A DNA stretch of 64,000 nt from Macrostomum hystrix (Eukaryota > Animalia > Platyhelminthes). The stretch spans positions 1 through 64,000 of the forward strand of contig CATNEN010000008.1 in NCBI GenBank assembly GCA_950097015.1, written 5' to 3'. Shown here piece after piece: positions 58,475-64,000 of the stretch. The notes under the pieces were generated by a model. The model had not been told where the DNA came from, ran no database searches, and worked only from the letters and a program-made list of their open reading frames with translations. The position numbers and the translations under genes were made by a program. Numbering within the stretch: position 1 is the first letter of the stretch; each line of letters begins with the position of its first letter.

Positions 58475-61400
58475 AGATTCTGGTCTATTTAAATTCTGGT
58501 CTATTTAGATTCTAGTCTATTTAGATTCTGGTCTATTTTGATTCTAGTCAATTTAGATTCTGGTCAATTTAGATTCTGGTCTATTTAGATTTTGGTCTAT
58601 CTAGATTCTAGTCTATTTATATTCTAGTCTATTTAGATTCTAGTCTATTTAGATTCTGGTCTATTTAGATTCTGGTCTATCTAGATTCTGGTCTATCTAG
58701 ATTCTAGTCCGTTTAGATTCTGGTCTATTTAGATTCTAGTCCGTTTAGATTCTGGTCTATTTAGATTCTAGTCTATTTAGATTCTAGTCTGTTTAGATTC
58801 TGGTCTATTTAGATTCTAGTCTGTTTAGATTCTAGTCCGTTTAGATTCTAGTCTGTTTAGATTCTGGTCTATCTAGATTCTAGTCCGTTTAGATTCTGGT
58901 CTATTTAGATTCTAGTCTGTTTAGATTCTAGTCCGTTTAGATTCTGATCTATTTAGATTCTGGTCTATTTAGATTCTGTTCTTATTAGATTCTGGTCTAT
59001 TTAGATTCTGGTCTATCTAGATTCTGGTCTATTGAGATGCTAGTCTATTCAGATTCTGGTCTATCTAGATTCTGGTCTATTTAGATTCTCGTCTATCTAG
59101 ATTCTGGTCTTTCTAGATTCTAGTCTATTTAGATTCTAGTCTGTTTAGATTCTAGTCTGTTTAGATTCTGGTCTATTTAGATTCTAGTCTGTTAAGATTC
59201 TAGTCTGTTTAGATTCTAGTCTGTTTAGATTCTGGTCTATTTAGATTCAAGTCTGTTTAGATTCTATTCTATTTAGATTCTAGTCTGTTTAGATTCTAGT
59301 CTATTTAGATTCTAGTCTGTTTAGATTCTGGTCTATTTAGATTCTAGTCTGTTTAGATTCTAGTCCGTTTAGATTCTGGTCTATTTAGATTCTAGTCTAT
59401 TTAGATTCTGGTCTATTTAGATTCTGGTCTATCTAGATTCTAGTCCGTTTAGATTCTGGTCTATTTAGATTCTAGTCCGTTTAGATTCTGGTCTATTTAG
59501 ATTCTAGTCTGTTTAGATTCTAGTCCGTTTAGATTCTAGTCTGTTTAGATTCTGGTCTATCTAGATTCTAGTCCGTTTAGATTCTGGTCTATTTAGATTC
59601 TAGTCTGTTTAGATTCTAGTCCGTTTAGATTCTGGTCCATTTAGATTCTGGTCTATTTAGATTCTGTTCTTATTAGATTCTGGTCTATTTAGATTCTGGT
59701 CTATCTAGATTCTGGTCTATCTAGATTCTAGTCCGTTTAGATTCTGGTCTATTTAGATTCTAGTCCGTTTAGATTCTGGTCTATTTAGATTCTAGTCTAT
59801 TTAGATTCTAGTCTGTTTAGATTCTGGTCTATTTAGATTCTAGTCTGTTTAGATTCTAGTCCGTTTAGATTCTAGTCTGTTTAGATTCTGGTCTATCTAG
59901 ATTCTAGTCCGTTTAGATTCTGGTCTATTTAGATTCTAGTCTGTTTAGATTCTAGTCCGTTTAGATTCTGATCTATTTAGATTCTGGTCTATTTAGATTC
60001 TGTTCTTATTAGATTCTGGTCTATTTAGATTCTGGTCTATCTAGATTCTGGTCTATTGAGATGCTAGTCTATTCAGATTCTGGTCTATCTAGATTCTGGT
60101 CTATTTAGATTCTCGTCTATCTAGATTCTGGTCTTTCTAGATTCTAGTCTATTTAGATTCTAGTCTGTTTAGATTCTAGTCTGTTTAGATTCTGGTCTAT
60201 TTAGATTCTAGTCTGTTAAGATTCTAGTCTGTTTAGATTCTAGTCTGTTTAGATTCTGGTCTATTTAGATTCAAGTCTGTTTAGATTCTATTCTATTTAG
60301 ATTCTAGTCTGTTTAGATTCTAGTCTATTTAGATTCTAGTCTGTTTAGATTCTGGTCTATTTAGATTCTAGTCTGTTTAGATTCTAGTCCGTTTAGATTC
60401 TGGTCTATTTAGATTCTAGTCTATTTAGATTCTGGTCTATTTAGATTCTGGTCTATCTAGATTCTAGTCCGTTTAGATTCTGGTCTATTTAGATTCTAGT
60501 CCGTTTAGATTCTGGTCTATTTAGATTCTAGTCTGTTTAGATTCTAGTCCGTTTAGATTCTAGTCTGTTTAGATTCTGGTCTATCTAGATTCTAGTCCGT
60601 TTAGATTCTGGTCTATTTAGATTCTAGTCTGTTTAGATTCTAGTCCGTTTAGATTCTGGTCCATTTAGATTCTGGTCTATTTAGATTCTGTTCTTATTAG
60701 ATTCTGGTCTATTTAGATTCTGGTCTATCTAGATTCTGGTCTATTGAGATGCTAGTCTATTCAGATTCTGGTCTATCTAGATTCTGGTCTATTTAGATTC
60801 TCGTCTATCTAGATTCTGGTCTTTCTAGATTCTAGTCTATTTAGATTCTAGTCTGTTTAGATTCTAGTCTGTTTAGATTCTGGTCTATTTAGATTCTAGT
60901 CTGTTAAGATTCTAGTCTGTTTAGATTCTAGTCTGTTTAGATTCTAGTCTGTTTAGATTCTAGTCTATTTAGATTCTAGTCTGTTTAGATTCTGGTCTAT
61001 TTAGATTCTAGTCTGTTTAGATTCTAGTCCGTTTAGATTCTGGTCTATTTAGATTCTGGTCTGTTTAGATTCTATTCTATTTAGATTCTAGTCTGTTTAG
61101 ATTCTAGTCTATTTAGATTCTAGTCTGTTTAGATTCTGGTCTATTTAGATTCTAGTCTGTTTAGATTCTAGTCCGTTTAGATTCTGGTCTATTTAGATTC
61201 TGGTCTATTTAGATTCTGTTCTTATTAGATTCTGGTCTATTTAGATTCTGGTCTATCTAGATTCTGGTCTATTGAGATGCTAGTCTATTTAGATTCTGGT
61301 CTATCTAGATTCTGGTCTATTTAGATTCTCGTCTATCTAGATTCTGGTCTTTTTAGATTCTAGTCTATTTAGATTCTAGTCTGTTTAGATTCTAGTCTGT

Positions 61401-63810
61401 TTAGATTCTGGTCTATTTAGATTCTAGTCTGCTAAGATTCTAGTCTGTTTAGATTCTAGTCTGTTTAGATTCTGGTCTATCTAGATTCTAGTCCGTTTAG
61501 ATTCTGGTCTATTTAGATTCTAGTCTGTTTAGATTCTAGTCCGTTTAGATTCTGGTCTATTTAGATTCTGGTCTATTTAGATTCTGTTCTTATTAGATTC
61601 TGGTCTATTTAGATTCTGGTCTATCTAGATTCTGGTCTATTGAGATGCTAGTCTATTTAGATTCTGGTCTATCTAGATTCTGGTCTATTTAGATTCTCGT
61701 CTATCTAGATTCTGGTCTTTCTAGATTCTAGTCTATTTAGATTCTAGTCTGTTTAGATTCTATTCTGTTTAGATTCTAGTCCGTTTAGATTCTGGTCTAT
61801 TAAGATTCTAGTCTGTTTAGATTCTAGTCTGTTTAGATTCTGGTCTATCTAGATTCTAGTCCGTTTAGATTCTGGTCTATTTAGATTCTAGTCTGTTTAG
61901 ATTCTAGTCCGTTTAGATTCTGATCTATTTAGATTCTGGTCTATTTAGATTCTGTTCTTATTAGATTCTGGTCTATTTAGATTCTGGTCTATCTAGATTC
62001 TGGTCTATTGAGATGCTAGTCTATTCAGATTCTGGTCTATCTAGATTCTGGTCTATTTAGATTCTCGTCTATCTAGATTCTGGTCTTTCTAGATTCTAGT
62101 CTATTTAGATTCTAGTCTGTTTAGATTCTAGTCTGTTTAGATTCTGGTCTATTTAGATTCTAGTCTGTTAAGATTCTAGTCTGTTTAGATTCTAGTCTGT
62201 TTAGATTCTGGTCTATTTAGATTCTAGTCTGTTTAGATTCTATTCTATTTAGATTCTAGTCTGTTTAGATTCTAGTCTATTTAGATTCTAGTCTGTTTAG
62301 ATTCTGGTCTATTTAGATTCTAGTCTGTTTAGATTCTAGTCCGTTTAGATTCTGGTCTATTTAGATTCTGGTCTATTTAGATTCTGTTCTTATTAGATTC
62401 TGGTCTATTTAGATTCTGGTCTATCTAGATTCTGGTCTATTGAGATGCTAGTCTATTTAGATTCTGGTCTATCTAGATTCTGGTCTATTTAGATTCTCGT
62501 CTATCTAGATTCTGGTCTTTTTAGATTCTAGTCTATTTAGATTCTAGTCTGTTTAGATTCTAGTCTGTTTAGATTCTGGTCTATTTAGATTCTAGTCTGT
62601 TAAGATTCTAGTCTGTTTAGATTCTAGTCTGTTTAGATTCTGGTCTATCTAGATTCTAGTCCGTTTAGATTCTGGTCTATTTAGATTCTAGTCTGTTTAG
62701 ATTCTAGTCCGTTTAGATTCTGGTCTATTTAGATTCTGGTCTATTTAGATTCTGTTCTTATTAGATTCTGGTCTATTTAGATTCTGGTCTATCTAGATTC
62801 TGGTCTATTGAGATGCTAGTCTATTTAGATTCTGGTCTATCTAGATTCTGGTCTATTTAGATTCTCGTCTATCTAGATTCTGGTCCTTCTAGATTCTAGT
62901 CTATTTAGATTCTAGTCTGTTTAGATTCTATTCTGTTTAGATTCTAGTCCGTTTAGATTCTGGTCTATTAAGATTCTAGTCTGTTTAGATTCTAGTCTGT
63001 TTAGATTCTGGTCTATTTAGATTCTAGTCTGTTTAGATTCTATTCTATTTAGATTCTAGTCTGTTTCGATTCTAGTCTATTTAGATTCTAGTCTGTTTAG
63101 ATTCTAGTCTGTTTAGATTCTGGTCTATTTAGATTCTAGTCTGTTTAGATTCTAGTCCGTTTAGATTCTGGTCTATTTAGATTCTGGTCTATTTAGATTC
63201 TGTTCTTATTAGATTCTGGTCTATTTAGATTCTGGTCTATCTAGATTCTGGTCTATTTAGATTCTCGTCTATCTAGATTCTGGTCTTTTTAGATTCTAGT
63301 CTATTTAGATTCTAGTCTGTTTAGATTCTAGTCTGTTTAGATTCTGGTCTATTTAGATTCTAGTCTGTTAAGATTCTAGTCTGTTTAGATTCTAGTCTGT
63401 TTAGATTCTGGTCTATTTAGATTCTAGTCCGTTTAGATTCTGGTCTATTTAGATTCTAGTCTGTTTAGATTCTAGTCCGTTTAGATTCTGGTCTATTTAG
63501 ATTCTGGTCTATTTAGATTCTGGTCTATTGAGATTCTGGTCTATTTAGATTCTGGTCTATTTAGATTCTGGTCTATTTAGATTCTGGTCTATTGAGATTC
63601 TGGTCTATTTAGATTCTGGTCTATTTAGATTCTAGTCTGTTTAGATTCTAGTCCGTTTATATTCTGGTCTATTTAGATTCTGGTCTATTGAGATTCTGGT
63701 CTATTTAGATTCTGGTCTATTTAGATTCTGGTCTATTTAGATTCTGGTCTATTTAGATTCTGGTCTATTTAGATTCTGGTCTATTTAGATTCTAGTCCAT
63801 TTAGAATCGG
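58475..63810. repeat. 16-bp satellite TTAGATTCT(G/A)GTCT(A/G)T with higher-order structure
   Basis: About 330 copies; rare variants recur at spacings that are exact multiples of 16. Confidence 0.98.
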
Positions 63811-64000
63811 ATTCCGATATATTGAGATTGTGGTCTATTTAGTTCAGAAAAATGAAGGCTTGACAAAATATACGGCCTCGGCCGCGGGCAAAAGCAAAGC
63901 GAATTTGTTTACTCCGAGGTTCTTGTCGCTTTCATCAAAAAGCAGATTAGGACGCTGAGCTTGTCGGCATCTCGGGCTTCGCTAAACTGTGTTCAACAGC

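Noticed and set aside
10655-63810. CRISPR-like appearance of regular repeats
   Set aside because: The units are head-to-tail with no unique spacers, no cas genes are present, and the context is eukaryotic.
63850-64000. GC-richer open stretch at the window end
   Set aside because: Too short and truncated to assign a strand or product.

Overview
Eukaryotic, intron-rich animal DNA. GC-rich exons, roughly 30% private minisatellites and a probable spliced-leader relic suggest a Macrostomum-like flatworm (inference). Genes were rebuilt by hand from GT/AG sites with matching intron phases. Minus strand: a lectin cluster (PAN + F-type lectin gene, an orphan F-type lectin exon, a selectin-like C-type lectin-4x sushi-TM gene), a NEPRO/RMP1-like gene, dCMP deaminase, a ~1500-codon gene placing an F-box/LRR/acidic module behind a long unexplained N-terminus, and an intronless MGCxxS-type globin. 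Plus strand: a CHERP-like splicing factor. Mobile DNA includes two tRNA-derived SINE families, several MITEs, a Crypton-type tyrosine-recombinase fragment, a decayed Gypsy pol and an internally inverted LINE fragment. About 22 unrelated tandem arrays are present, including a 5.3-kb 16-bp satellite with nested higher-order repeats. Most long ORFs in the supplied track are artefacts of these arrays. No homology search was run; family names come from recognised motifs.
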